Below, one piece after another: positions 12,925-25,846 of a stretch of 64,000 nt of DNA (its first letter is position 1; each line of letters opens with the position of its first letter). The stretch comes from Heptranchias perlo (lineage: Eukaryota), in the NCBI RefSeq assembly GCF_035084215.1, contig NC_090326.1, positions 18,600,001 to 18,664,000 on the forward strand, in the 5' to 3' direction. Position numbers and translations under genes: made by a program. Below the pieces are notes generated by a model, which did not search any database, was not told the DNA's origin, and was given only the letters and a program-made list of their open reading frames with translations.

Positions 12925-13325
12925 AATGTCAGACCTCAGCTAGCCATGGCAGACTTCAGTAATGTCAGACCTCAGCTAGCCATGGCAGACTTCAGTAATG
13001 TCAGACCTCAGCTAGCCATGGCAGACTACAGTAATGTCAGACCTCAGCTAGCCATGGCAGAGTTCAGTAATGTCAGACCTCAGCTAGCCATGGCAGACTA
13101 CAGTAATGTCAGACCTCAGCTAGCCATGGCAGAGTTCAGTAATGTCAGACCTCAGCTAGCCATGGCAGAGTTCAGTAATGTCAGACCTCAGCTAGCCATG
13201 GCAGACTACAGTAATGTCAGACCTCAGCTAGCCATGGCAGACTACAGTAATGTCAGACCTCAGCTAGCCATGGCAGACTACAGTAATGTCAGACCTCAGC
13301 TAGCCATGGCAGACTACAGTAATGT
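12925..13325. repeat. 36-bp minisatellite, 11 copies
   Basis: Unit AATGTCAGACCTCAGCTAGCCATGGCAGA(C/G)T(T/A)CAGT, head-to-tail with no spacers. Confidence 0.97.
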
Positions 13326-13352
13326 TCTGGAAATGTGACTTTTCTAAATTAG

Positions 13353-13436
13353 GCTTACAGAAAATGAATTGGATGATGAAGCAGCGAGGTGCTTTGCAAA
13401 TGTGCTCAAAGTAAACAGGAGCCTGCAGTCTTTGTG
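13353..13436 (+). CDS. NOD1: NOD1-like copy A, LRR exon 6 (LTENELDDEAARCFANVLKVNRSLQSLW)
   Basis: 84 bp, flanked by tag and gtacg. Matches NOD1 LTQNELNDEVAESLAEMLKVNQTL. Confidence 0.95.
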
Positions 13437-13608
13437 GTACGTGTTACAGATTATGTTCGATTTAGTCGGGTCTTTATGTATTTTTGTGAAAACCGGAGTT
13501 TGAGGGAGAAAGAGATCTCATTGATTGGAAAGCAAGAAAGGACTTGCATTTGCGTGGCACCTTTCAGGACCTCAGGACATCCCAAAATGCTTCACAGCCA
13601 ATAAAGCA

Positions 13609-13995
13609 CAGTCCCCACTGCTTATAGTGAGCGCGCTGGTGCGTAGGCGATTTGCCCGCTGTACGCGATGAGCAGTTTAAAGGGGCAGTGCTATTACAGT
13701 ACTCTACTATTGAACAAGAATGTAGTAGATCACTATTGAATAAGGTACTCCAGTCACAAGAACATTAACGAGGTGTTATTTACTAATGCATATTCTTGCA
13801 TTCAGTGCACCTAATCGAGGTGTGAACTAGTGAGTAAGTACAGCCGTTTCTGCCCGAAATACATGGAGCACTTAAGGTGCTGTTAGCGGCAACTTTGAAA
13901 TTGACTTTAATGCAAACGGATAATGATTAGCGCTTTTTGTCCGATTTTAAGCGTTTGCCCGATTTAAACATGGGTGTTATAAGTGGTGGGGACTG
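13609..13995. mobile_element. Tc1/mariner-type MITE inserted into a SINE tail
   Basis: TIRs CAGTCCCCACTGCTTATA and TATAAGTGGTGGGGACTG. Flanks CA and TA fit a TA TSD with one side mutated. It splits the SINE motif AAG-TA-CTTTTGAA. Confidence 0.8.
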
Positions 13996-14344
13996 TACTT
14001 TTGAATTTTAGTCACTGTTGTAATGTTGGGCAGAAGATAGACCTGATATTAGGGGGAGGGGGATCTGCTTGCTGTCTTGCTCTGGGTTTTTCTTTTCCTT
14101 GACTGCTGCTGACATTGGTGTAGATACCTGACAGCACAGAGAGATGCAATAACATTACTGGGCCCCCTGTGACCAGGTGCTAAACAGGAGCAGCGCACCC
14201 AAAGTGTGCGGCATCTATCCAGCCTCAGGGGTACTTGAATTTCCTTCCTTGGGCCATTTGAATGACCTGGAGACTGCCCCAAAACAGGACTGCCCGTGTG
14301 CTGGTGCTAGGGGCAAGAAAATCAGGTGCAGCTCCAGGCCTTTC

Positions 14345-14770
14345 AACAACAATAACTTGCATTTATATAGCGCCTTTAATGTAGTAAAACGTCCCAAGGT
14401 GCTTTTATCAGGAGCAATTATCAGACAAAATTTGACACCGAGCCACATAAGGAGATATTAAGACAGGCTTGGTCAAAGAGGTAGGTTTTAAGGGGCGACT
14501 TAATGGAAGAGAGAGAGGTAGAGAGGTGGAGACGTTTAGGGAAGGAATTCCAGAGCTTAGGGTCTAGGCAGCTGAAGGCACGGCCGCTAATGGTGGAGCG
14601 TTTAAAATCGAGGATGCGCAAGAGGCAAGAATTGGAGGAGCGCAGAGATGTCGGAGGGGTGTAGGGCTGGAGGAGGTTACAGAGAGAGGGAGGGGTGAGG
14701 CCACGGAGGGATTTGAAAACAAGGATGTGAACTTTAAAATCGAGGTGTTGCCGGACCGGGAGCCAATGTA
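14345..14770 (-). mobile_element. L2 LINE 3' fragment
   Basis: Minus-strand translation GRAFSCLDPKLWNSFP..KTYLFDQA; (AAC)n tail. Confidence 0.85.
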
Positions 14771-15449
14771 GGACCTTCTGACTGCCAATGGAGATCCGCA
14801 GCCAGAAGGTCCCAAATGGCCATTAATGTTCTTTTGTGCGGGAGAAGACACGTAAGGCATCACTCACCTGTAGATCTTCAGCTTGCCTCTGGGGCTTCTG
14901 AGGACATTCCAATCAGCAGGGGTCAGGGGACATGTCATGGCACACCAGCTCTCTCTGAGCTCTCCTACACTTGGGCACCCAGCAAGCGCGGCATCTGGAA
15001 ATAAAGGCAGGAGGCTTTGAATGCCCCTTCCCACCTCATGAGCATTCGCTCCGTCTGACCTGTGCCTTCTGCAGTTGCAGGGCAGGCTACCCACAGGAGA
15101 AAAGTCCCCGAGAATCCTGGGGCAGCATTAAAGGATCCCAGACCTGGCGACCCGGTTCTCTGCTCTCTTTATCCTGGCCCATCCATTTGCAGAATGCTCA
15201 GTTCTGGGGGTAATAGCTAGGTAAATCACCCCTATAGTGAGCACATTGTAGTGGGGGTTGGGGGATAGAGGAATGTACTTTTAATCTCAAAAAATATTTT
15301 TCCCTCAGAACCATGTCTACTCCTTCCTATTGCCCCACTCTCCCATTCCCAGTTTTACTACAATCCCAATCCAGTTAAAGCTTCCTCCCTTCTCAAACTG
15401 TCATTAGGTTTTGCATTTACCTCATCACAACTTACTGCAGTAAATATTT

Positions 15450-15895
15450 TTTATTCATCCTTGGGATGTGGGCATTGCTGGCGTTGTTGGCATTTGTTGG
15501 CCATTCCTAACAATTGAGTGGCTTGCTAGACCACTTCAGAGGGCAGTTAAGATACAGATCAGCCATGACCTAACTGAATGGTGGAACAGGCTCGAGGGGC
15601 TGAATGGCCTACTCCTGTTCCTATGTTCCTAACCACATTGGTGTGGGACTGGAGTCACATATAGGTCAAACTGGATAAGGACGACAGGTTTCCTTTCCTA
15701 AACGACATTGGGTTTTTATGACAATCCAACAGCTTCACGGTCACTTTTACTGATACCAGCTTTTTATTTCCAGATATTTTTTAAGCTGAATTCAAATTCT
15801 CAAATTGCCATGGTGGATTTTGAACTCACATTTACTGGATTATTAGTCCAGGCCACTGGATTACTAGTCCAGTAACATAACCACTACACTACTGT
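15450..15895 (-). mobile_element. SINE family 2 with a nested CR1 3' tail (~15551-15630, + strand)
   Basis: Reverse complement of 34222-34605, interrupted by GATCAGCCATGA...GAATGGCCTACTCCTGTTCCTATGTTCCT. Confidence 0.8.
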
Positions 15896-16319
15896 ATCTG
15901 ATATAACGGGCCAAAAATCCATAAAATATCAAGAGGCGCTCGATCCGTGGTCACTATTCAACCATAATCCAATTTCACTGCTTCTCCTTGAGCAATACCA
16001 CAGGAGATCAATTAGTTCGTCAAAAAACATCTACCATTTGCAATGGTTGAAATACAGTTGTCAGTGCAGAAGATCAATGGGTATATTTCTCGGAAACAAA
16101 GCTCTTCCTTTAGTTCCCGAGGAGATATGTGATACAGTGTGTACAGCAGGTACAGAATGGGTATATGAATACATCGAAGAGACAATGAAAGCACAGAAAG
16201 CTGTAAAGCTTTAGAGGATATACTTTAGGTGATAGGAAGATAAAGAGGGTATACAACCAAAGGCAGCGGGACATAGAGGGGAGATATTGGGGAACAGCAG
16301 GCTACAGGAGATAATGAGA

Positions 16320-16922
16320 GACAGTGGGATATAGAAAATATACAATGGGGGACAGTGGGATATAGAAAATATACAATGAGGGACAGTGGGATATAGAAAA
16401 TATACAATGGGGGTTAGTGGGATATAGAAAATATACAATGGGGGACAGTGGGATATAGGAAATATACAATGGGGGACAGTGGGATATAGAAAATATACAA
16501 TTGGGGTCAGTGGGATATAGAAAATATACAATGGGGGACAGTGGAATATAGAAAATATACAATGGGGGTTAGTGGGATATAGAAAATATACAATGGGGGT
16601 TAGTGGGATATAGAAAATATACAATGGGTGTCAGTGGGATATAGAAAATATACAGTGGGGGACAGTGGGATATAGAAAATATACAATGGGGGTTAGTGGG
16701 ATATAGAAAATATACAGTGGGGGTTAGTGGGATATAGAAAATATACAATGGGGGTTAGTGGGATATAGAAAATATACAATGAGGGTTCATGGGATATAGA
16801 AAATATACAATGGGGGTCAGTGGGATATAGAAAATATACAATGGGTGTCAGTGGGATATAGAAAATATACAGTGGGGGACAGTGGGATATAGAAAATATA
16901 CAATGGGGGTCAGTGGGATTAT
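16320..16922. repeat. 31-bp minisatellite, about 19 copies
   Basis: Unit GTGGGATATAGAAAATATACAATGGGG(GAC/GTT/GTC)A in tandem. Confidence 0.96.
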
Positions 16923-16937
16923 AAAGGACACACAATC

Positions 16938-17365
16938 AAAGAAAGAAAGAACTTTCATTTCTATAGCGCCTTTCATGAGCTCATGACTTCCCAAAGCGCT
17001 TTACAGCCAACGAAGTTCTTTTGAAGAGTAGTCACTGTTGTAATGTAGGAAACACAGCAGCCAATTTGTGCACAGCAAGGTCCCACAAACAGCAATGGTA
17101 TAATGACCAAATAATCTGTTTTAGTGATGTTGTTTGAGGGATAAATATTAGCCAGGTCACCGGGGAGAACTCCCTTGTTCTTTTTCGAAATGATGCCACG
17201 AGATCTTCTACGTTCACCTCAGAAGGCAGACGGGGCCTCGGTTTAACGTCTTATCCAAAAAGCAGCACCTCCAACAGTGCAGCACTGGAGTGTCAGCCTA
17301 GATTTTGTGCTCAAGTCTCTGGAGTGGGACTTGAACCCACAACCTTCTGACTCAGAGCCAAAGCT
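16938..17365 (-). mobile_element. Deu-domain tRNA SINE (SacSINE1-like) with L2-type tail
   Basis: Reverse complement carries B-box GGGTTCAAGTCCC, core GACGTTAAACCGAGGCCCC and tail GGCGCTATAGAAATGAAAG. Confidence 0.8.
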
Positions 17366-17700
17366 GACACCTTGGGGGACAATGAGGTATAGAGGACACA
17401 CAATGGGGGTAGTGGGCCATAATACATACACAGTGAGGACAGTAGGATATAGCGAAGGCATAATAGTTGTCAGTGGTTTTTAGAAGTCACATAGTGGGAG
17501 GTAGTGGGATGCGTAGTTAATTCCATATGTGCAAGACCTCAGTCCACTGAAGGTGACGGAATAACTCTCCTTATCCAGTATACTTCTTGCCTGTTCCTCA
17601 CAGTGCCAGCACCTGAGTTAAAACCACCATAAGAGAGACAGGCCATCAAATGGTGGAAAACATCAGGAGGAAATTAAAAGACCGTGGGTTTTTTTTCCAG

Positions 17701-17784
17701 GTTGATTAAGAACAAAATTACGTTGCTCGGAGCAAACAGTCTCATTGAAGGACTGAAGGAAAACAGCTCAATGCGAGAGATCTG
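17701..17784 (+). CDS. NOD1: NOD1-like copy A, LRR exon 7 (LIKNKITLLGANSLIEGLKENSSMREIC)
   Basis: 84 bp, flanked by ttttttccag and gtaag. Confidence 0.94.
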
Positions 17785-17974
17785 GTAAGAACAACCCTGA
17801 GAAGCCGTGCCATATACTGATATGGAACCGAGTAATTTGACTGCCGAGTTACCCCTTTCTCTGTACTAAGATTAGTTACACGGCTGAATTTATCCTAATT
17901 TATCCTATTAGTTACACGGCTGACAGTTATCAAAAGCACATTTTTTTTCACCAGTGGCAGAAAACTTCATTGTT

Positions 17975-19480
17975 ATCAGACAAGATTTTAAAATCCGTAA
18001 CTTGGGGAGAAAGAGGGAATTCTCTAGATTCTGGATCGGTCCCAGTAGACTGGAAGGTAACAAGTGTTACCGTGCTATTCAAGAAGGGAGGGAGAGAGAA
18101 AACAGGGAACTACAAACCAGTTCGCCTGACATCGGTCGTGGGAAAATGCTGGAATCCATTAATAAGGAAGTGGTAACAGGACACTTAGAAAATCATAATA
18201 TGATTAGGCAAAGTCAACATGGTTTTATGAAAGGGAAATCGTGTTTGAGAAATTTATTAGTTTTTTGAAGAGGTAACTAGCAGGGTAGATAAAGGGGAAC
18301 CAGTGGATGTAGTATATTTGGATTTTCAAAAGGCATTTAATAAGGTGCCACATAAAAGGTTGTTACACAAGGTAAGGGCTCATGGGGTTGGGGGTAATAT
18401 ATTAGCATGAATAGAGGATTGGTTAACGGACAGAAAACAGAGAGTAGGGATAAACGGGTCATTCTCAGGTTGGCAGGCTGTAACTAGTGGGGTGCCGCAA
18501 GGATCGGTGCTTGGGCCTCAGCTATTTAATGACTTAGATGAAGGGACTGAGTGTAATGTATCCAAGTTTGCTGACAATACAAAGCTAGGTGGGAATGTAA
18601 GCTGTGAGGAGGACACAAAGAGACTGCAAAGGGATATAGACAGGTTAAGTGAGTCGGCAAGAAGGTGGCAGATGGAGTATAATGTGGGGAAATGTAAGGT
18701 TATTCACTTTGGTAGGAAGAATAGAAAAACAAAATATTTTTTAAATGGTGAGATTATTAAATGTTGGTGTTCAGAGAGACTTGGGTGTCCTCATACAAGA
18801 AACACAAAAAGTTAGTATGCAGGTACAGCAAGCAATTAGGAAGGCAAATGGCATGTTGGCCTTTATTGCAAGGGGTTGAAGTACAAGAGTAAGGAAGCGT
18901 AGAGGGCTTTAGTGAGACCTCACCTGGAGTACTGCGTACAGTTTTGGTCTCCTTATCCAAGGAAGGATATACTTGCCTTAAAGGGGGTACAATGAAGGTT
19001 CACCAGATTAATTCCTGGGATGAAAGGGTTGTCCTATGAAGAGAGGTTGAGTAGATTGGCCCTATTTTCTCTGGAGTTTAGAAGAATGAGAGGAGATCTC
19101 ATTGAAACATAAAAGACTATGAGGGGGCTTGACAGGGTAGATGCTGAGAGATTGTTTCCCCGGGCTAGAGAGTCTAGAACTAGGGAGCATAATTGCAGAA
19201 TACGGGGTCGGCCATTCAAGACTGAGATGAGGAGGAATTTCTTCACACAGAGAGTTATGAATCTTTGGAATTCTCTACCCCGGAGGGCTGTGGATGCTGA
19301 GTCATTGAATATATTCAAGGCTGAGATCGATAGATTTTTGGACTCTAGGGGAATCGAGGGATATGGGGATCGGGCGGGAAAGTGGAGTTGAGGTCGAAGA
19401 TCAGCCACGGTCTGATTGAATGGCGGAGCAGGCTCGAGGAGCCTTATGGCCTACTCCTGCTCCTATTTCTTATGTTCATA
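17975..19480 (+). mobile_element. CR1 LINE, 5'-truncated, frameshifted RT
   Basis: PVDWK..LFKKG..NYKPV, QHGFMKGKSC, PQGSVLGP, KFADNTK and WNSLP motifs; tail CTCCTATTTCTTATGTTC. Confidence 0.95.
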
Positions 19481-21415
19481 AGGAGGAAGTGTTAAAGGAG
19501 AAGTATAGTCTACTGAATTCTACATAATCCTAAACATTTTACATTTAGACATCTGTTCTCTTATCGGTGTCTCTCAGTCACTTTTGTTATCCCATTATTT
19601 ATATTTGGACCTATTGGTTAGAGGCAACTTGGGAGCAGACATTTTATGGAGAAGTCCCTCCTTTTTTGACAGCATAAAGTCCTTCTCCACTCACATGCTG
19701 ATTGGCAAATTCTACCCAGAATTCACTCTCTTAGATTCATGATGTCACTGGAATTACAAAGCAGGTGGCACACTTTCCTCTTCAATTGCAATGATGGACT
19801 TAGTGCTGTGTCTTTAGTGTATGCACATCTGGGCTTTCACCTTCATCTTGCAACAAAATGGCCTCTAGTACAACACAATCGATTGCAAACACATCAATGG
19901 AGAAAATATTTGCTGGAGTGAGGCTTCTCACAGCATGCCCAGTTAGTTAAATTTTTTCCTGCAACCTTCAGCTCAAAGATTCTTTGCCCATAAAGTTGCT
20001 GGAAGTGCGAGCTGATAACGGTGCAGTGAGGGAAACAGGGCATCTGGGACTACAGTGAACAAGGGGACCAACAGGACATCTCCTTAATCATTGAGATTTA
20101 AGGATTGAGAAATAAACAGAGGAAAGACTGAGAAGGGAGTGTAAATTAGAGTGGGTGAATTCAAGGTCAAATCAGGTACAGAAAGAGAAATAAAGAGAGG
20201 GAAAGAAAGATTGGATTAAGAGAGAGAGAATAAAGAGACAGAAAGGAAAAGTAAGAATTTTTAAAAAAAATTAAATTTGACATTTTTAAAATCTCCAACA
20301 ACAATTCACTATCTGTTGGAATGAGACTCCACACTTATAATTGTTCATTTTCTGGGCAAGAGAGGTTGATTAGCAGTCATTAACAATTATCACGTTATTA
20401 AAAGGGTACTTATGCTATAATTACTAGACTTAACTTTCTGTGGCCAGTTTAATGGTCAATTAAGGTGCAAATGTAGCAACTTCATGAAACTCATGGGAAG
20501 GTGAAGGGCGAGATGCCGTTTTCACGAACCTAACAGCAGAGTGACGCAAATCGTCCAATAACTTGTGGCGATTCGCAATACACGGAGTAGCTCTTCCTCA
20601 CTACAAATTGCTGGCCGATTTGCGCATTAATAAAAGCATGCCCACCTACTTTGACCTACAGTAGATCCTGTTTGGATAGTTTGACACTCTGGGCATTGCT
20701 TTTGCAGGCTGCAGGCCTCATCATTGATTATTTGGATTTGGATTGTGACACCATCACTACAATATTACCAGGTGTGACATTTTAGGTTAAGTGAGCAGCA
20801 TCTTTAGGAACATCTGCTTGGACAAGCTGTCCATCTGTTCTCAAATGCACAGTGCGATGATATAAATTGGACTCAAACGCATCATCACGTTGCTTGTGTG
20901 ACATCACCATAGTGAAAAGAAGATGATTATTCTCCTTTTCCTAAACAAAATAAAAGTCTGCCTGACGCTTTAACAGAAAAAACCCCCACATCATTCCAAT
21001 ACCTCCCTTGAGTTAAAATACGACTTTAAGTTTTCTCAATAAACTCTTCCTTTTCTAACGAGTGTTTCTATTTGTTGCATTGATTCCTCCTGAGGTGATG
21101 AGAATTTCCATTTCCTGTCATGGTTGGCAATCAGGAAATACATTGGCGGAGATTTGTGTCACACACAACATAGGATCTCACATTTGCCCCAGGTTTTACT
21201 CGGGCAAACAGCACGTGAATTTGCCTCATTATTTCTCTCTGAAACTGGCCTTACCATTTCTTAAAAAAATAATTGTTATTTATCGCTGGATCAATATTAG
21301 TTTCCAGTGAGTTTTGTCTCTAGTTGCATTTTACCTCTCTAACTCTCTCTCTCTCTTCAGTATTCTTTATTTCTCTATCCCTCACATTCTCAAACTCGCC
21401 CCCTCTTTCTATCTC

Positions 21416-21553
21416 TTGTAAACAATTTTACAACACCAAGTTATAGTCCAGCAATTTTATTTTAAATTTAAAATAAAATTGCTGGACTATAACTTGGTGT
21501 TGTAAAATTGTTTACAATTGTCAACCCCAGTCCATCACCGGCATCTCCACATC
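21416..21553. mobile_element. Penelope-derived fold-back element (102-bp perfect palindrome plus 36-nt terminus)
   Basis: Arms 21416-21466 and 21467-21517 are exact reverse complements. Ends CCATCACCGGCATCTCCACATC. TSD TTTCTATCTC on both sides. Confidence 0.85.
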
Positions 21554-21948
21554 TTTCTATCTCACCCACCGCCTCATATTCCAGCATTCCATTTAACTAT
21601 CTGCTTCTGTAAACAACTTCAGCTGCATTCCTTTAACTTCCAAACTACTAATCACACCTGCAATCAGATCAGCAACATATAACAGTAACTCAATTCTCAT
21701 CATTATTCTCGCTCAGTGCTTTAGTTAGTATTGAGGGAGGGAAACATGGAGGAAGGGCTGCACTCGTGCGCCCGCTAGTAGTCAGTCATATAGTGGCAGG
21801 GTCAGGGGGTCGAGATAACAGGGTCTAGCCTTCATATTGGCCATAGATTGTGACTTGTTATGAAAGAGAATACAAATATTATTGGTTGAAAACATTTCAC
21901 AAATGGCTGTTTCATGGTGTTTTATTTCTTGTGTTTGTCCCAAATTAG

Positions 21949-22018
21949 CCTGAAGAGCAATAAAATATCCATTGAGGAAACCACAGCTCTTAATGCAGAG
22001 CAACGGATTGTGTTCTGA
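21949..22018 (+). CDS. NOD1: NOD1-like copy A, terminal coding exon (LKSNKISIEETTALNAEQRIVF*)
   Basis: Pyrimidine tract then tag; 70 coding bp, same as copy B's last exon. Resembles the NOD1 C-terminus LNGNLIKPEEAKVYEDEKRIICF. Confidence 0.9.
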
Positions 22019-22214
22019 ACAGCATCTGTTGGGTGCGTGATGTATTACTGATAATCTGCACTGAGGATCTACCTCACCTACAATACCACCTGAAGAGAAT
22101 GTAGCAAATATTGTGTGGTGTGGTACAAGGTACACCAAAAAAAAACTCAAAAGATTAAAAATTAATTGCTGTAACTCTTAAACATTTAATGTACGTGATG
22201 GCATATCATTGAAT

Positions 22215-22595
22215 CTCAGGATGAGGGCATCGCTGGCAAGGCCAGCATTTATTGCCTGTCCCTAGTTGCCCTGAGAAGGCATTGGTGGGCCTTCTTCTTG
22301 AACCACTGCAGTGCAGCAGTTTGATACAACCGAGCAGCTTGCTAGGCCATTTCAGAGGGCAGTTAAGAATCAACCTCACTGGTTTGGGACTGGAGTCACA
22401 TTTAGGCCAGACCAGGTAAGGACAACAGATTTCCTTCCCGAAAGGGCATCAATGAACCGGTTGGGTTTTTATGACAATCCAACAACTTTACTGATACCAG
22501 CTTTTGAAGCTGAATTGAACAGCTATGGTGGGATTTGAACTCACAAGCTCTGGATTATTAGTCCACTGACATAACCATTATGCTACAGTACCCAG
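22215..22595 (-). mobile_element. SINE family 2, antisense, in the likely 3' UTR of copy A
   Basis: Reverse complement of the 4368 and 34222 copies. Confidence 0.75.
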
Positions 22596-22660
22596 TGTAA
22601 CCAGAGTTTTATTACAGTTGATCATATATTTCTCTACCTTCAAAATATGTGTCCACTTTA

Positions 22661-22673
22661 AATAAATAATAAA
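22661..22673 (+). terminator. Candidate polyadenylation signals of copy A
   Basis: Two AATAAA hexamers (22661, 22668) about 640 bp after the stop codon. Confidence 0.45.
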
Positions 22674-22934
22674 CTGCAAAAAGAAAGACTTGCATTTATA
22701 TAGCACCTTTCACGACCTCAGGACGTCCCAAAGCAAAAGGCTCCAAAGTAAAGTGTTAAAAGGTGCCATGGTGTGGCAATATATTTTGTGGTGAGATGCA
22801 GGATCACTCTTCTGTAGTGCTGACTTTCCTTGCACTCAACTGCATTTTGCCTACATAACAGACACTGTGGTCCAAAACTAATTCACTCCGCGTTGCACTT
22901 TGAGATGTACTGGTGACATGATTAAGCTTTATAT

Positions 22935-23910
22935 AAAAGTCCTAAGCCCAACTATTGTCAGCTGCTTCATCAATGACCTTCCTTCCATCATAAGGTCAGA
23001 AGTGGGGCTGTTCGCTGATGCTTGAACAGTGTTCAGTTCCATTCGCAATTCCTCAGATAATGTAACAGTCCATGACCACATGCAGCAAGACCTGGACAAC
23101 ATCCAGGTTTGGGCTGAGAAGTGGCAAGTAACACTCGCACCAGATAAGTGCCAGGCAATGACCATCTCCAACAAGAGAGTCTAACCATCTCTCCTTGACA
23201 TTTAATTGCATTACCATTGCTGAGTCCTCAACGATTAATATCCTGGGGGTCTCCATTGATCAGAAACTCAACTGGACCAGCCTCATAAATGCCTTGACTA
23301 CTAGAGCAGGTCAGAGGTTGGGTATTCTGTGGCGAGTGATTCACCTCTCGACTCCCCAAAGCCTCTCCACCGCCTACAAGGCACAAGTCAGGAATGTGAT
23401 GGAATACTCTCCACTTGCCTCGATGAGGCAGCTCCAATAACACTCAAGAAGCTCGACACCATCCAGGACAAAGCAGTCCGTTTGATCAGTACCCCATCCA
23501 CCACCCCAAACATTCACTCCCTCCACCACCAGTGCACCGTGGCTACAGTGTGCACCATCCACAGGATGCACTGCAGCAACTCGCCAAGGCTTCTTCGACA
23601 GCACCTCCCAGATTCGCGACCTCTACCACCTAGCAGGACAAGGGCAGCAAGTGCATGGGAACAACACCACCTGCACGTTCCCCTCCAAGTCACACATCAT
23701 CTTTACTTGGAAATATGTCGCCGTTCCTTCATCGTCGCTGGGTCAAAATCCTGGAACTCCCTTCCTAACAGCACTGAGGGAGAACCTTCACCACACGGAC
23801 TGCAGCGGTTCAAGAAGACGGCTCACCAAAATCTTCTCAATTAGGGATGGCCAATAAATGCCGGCCTTTCCAGTGACACCCATATCCCAAAGAAAGATAA
23901 ATTTTAAAAA
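22935..23910 (+). mobile_element. 5'-truncated, decayed copy of the LINE family at 30840-33928
   Basis: Colinear with 32945-33925 (FINDLP, FADx, WNSLP and the same tail). Confidence 0.93.
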
Positions 23911-24360
23911 TCCTCCTCTTCACCCCCAGTCCCCCCATTGTCCCTCCTTCTGATCTCCATCACCTTTCCCCCCCCATAACATCTCCGATGCACCCCCTAA
24001 CAATGTGCCCTACCTCTCTAACTTTCTCATCTTCCGCACTGCCCCCTAACATTCCACTCTGTCACCCTTAACCTGCAGAGCTACCCCTTTCCCTCCTAAT
24101 GGGCTCGATATTAGGAGGGAGGCGGGTTGGCAGTGGGGGGTCGACTGGGCGCATGGGTAACGCACCTAGTGAATTCGGGGTGCTCCGCACGCGATCGCAT
24201 CCTGATTGAAGCCACTTACCTTGGATTCTGGGTTTCGCGCTGGAAAGCTGCGCAGCGGGCAGACTGTGCGCCCGCATCATAGGCTGTCAGCTGGAGGAGC
24301 CCTATTTCAAGGGGCAGTCCTCCACTGACTGATGCTGCTGAAAGGAGACAAAATTACAGC

Positions 24361-25846
24361 ATGGAGCAGCCCAGGGGGATGGCTGCTCCCAGGTTTAATG
24401 ATGCCTCACTCCAGGTCCTACTGGGTGGGGTGAGGAACATAGGAACATAGGAACAGGAGTAGGCCATTCAGCCCCTCGTGCCTGCTCCGCCATTTGATAA
24501 GATCATGGCTGATCTGTGATCTAGCTCCATATACCCGCCTTTGGCCCATATCCCTTAATACCTTTGATTGCCAAAAAGCTATCTATCTCACATTTAAATT
24601 TAGCAATTGAGCTAGTATCAATTGCTGTTTGCGGAAGAGAGTTCCAAACTTCTACAACCCTTTGTGTGTAGAAATGTTTTCTAATCTCACTCCTGAAAGG
24701 TCTGGCTCTAATTTTTAGACTGTGCCCCCGACTCCTAAATTCCCCAACCAGCGGAAATAGTTTCTCTCCATCCACCCTATCTGTTTCCCTTAATATCTTA
24801 TAAATTTCGATCAGATCACCCCTTAACCTTCGAAACTCGAGAGAATACAACCCCAATTTGTGTAATCTCTCCTCGTAACTTAACCCTTGAAGTCCGGGTA
24901 TCATTCCAGTAAACCTACGCTGCACTCCCTCCAAGGCCAATATGTCCTTCCGAAGGTGCGGTGCCCAGAACTGCTCACAGTACTCCAGGTGCGGTCTAAC
25001 CAGGGTTTTGTATAGCTGCAGCATAACTTCTGCCCCCTTGTACTCTAGTCCTCTAGATATAAAGGCCAGCATTCCATTAGCCTTATTGATTATTTTCTGC
25101 ACCTGTTTATGACACTTCAATGATCTATGTACCTGAACCCCTAAGTCCCTTTGGACATCCACTGTTTTTAACTTTTTACCATTTAGAAAGTACCCTGTTC
25201 TATCCTTTTTTGATCCAAAGTGGAGACCTCACATTTGTCTACATTGAATTCCATTTGCCACAGTTTTGCCCATTCACCTAATCTATCAATATCCCTTTGT
25301 AATTTTATGTTTTCATCTCCACTGCTTACAATGCCACCAATCTTTGTGTCATCGGCAAACTTAGATATGAGACTTTCTATGCCTTCATCTAAGTCGTTAA
25401 TAAATATTGTGAATAATTGAGGCCCCAAGACAGATCCCTGCGGGACTCCACTAGTCACATCCTGCCAATGTGAGTACATACCCATTATCCCTACTCTCTG
25501 TCGCCTTTCGCTCAGCCAACTTCCTAACCAAGTCCGTACTTTTCTCTCGATTCCATGGGCTTCTATCTTAGCTAACAGTCTCTTATGTGGGACCTTATCA
25601 AATGCCTTTTGGAAGTCCATATAAATAACATCCATTGACATTCCCCTGTCCACTACTTCAAAAAATTCAATCAGGAGGAGGGGGAGGACAGAGATCTTCT
25701 CCCCGGTGGGCGGGAGGAAGCGGCCTGCCTCTGCCACCACGAAGGCCTGGCTCGAGGTGGCAGAGGAGGTCACCTGCACCACCAACATATCGCCCACCTG
25801 CATACAGTGCAGGAGGCGCTTTAACCACCTAAGTAGGTCAGCTGAC
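24361..25846 (+). pseudogene. Harbinger Myb/SANT-like DNA-binding gene, first exon, split by a CR1 insertion
   Basis: MEQPRGMAAPRFNDASLQVLLGGVR (24361-24435) resumes at ~25675 with ..IFSPVGGRKRPASATTKAWLEVAEEV...QCRRRFNHL, followed by a gtgagt donor. Confidence 0.8.
24436..25672 (-). mobile_element. Young 5'-truncated CR1 LINE nested in the Harbinger element
   Basis: RT motifs DFQKAFDKVPH, PQGSVLGP, FADDTK and WNSLP; (TATGTTCC)n tail at 24436-24455. Confidence 0.96.

Noticed and set aside
12925-13338. 36-bp repeats resembling a CRISPR array, and a 130-aa repeat ORF
   Set aside because: The units are contiguous with no unique spacers, there are no cas genes, and the context is a eukaryotic intron. 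The ORF only reflects a stop-free unit divisible by 3.
16211-16935. Repetitive hydrophobic ORFs
   Set aside because: They are read-throughs of the 31-bp minisatellite.
5654-22018. Copy A as an assembly duplicate or allele of copy B, or as NOD2
   Set aside because: About 58% protein identity with unrelated introns excludes a haplotype duplicate, and its LRRs match NOD1 motifs (EEL.KYKIV, MWGNQ, LRNHPSL).
25183-25803. Apparent RT with a novel N-terminal extension
   Set aside because: Chance fusion of antisense Harbinger sequence with a 5'-truncated CR1 at ~25672.
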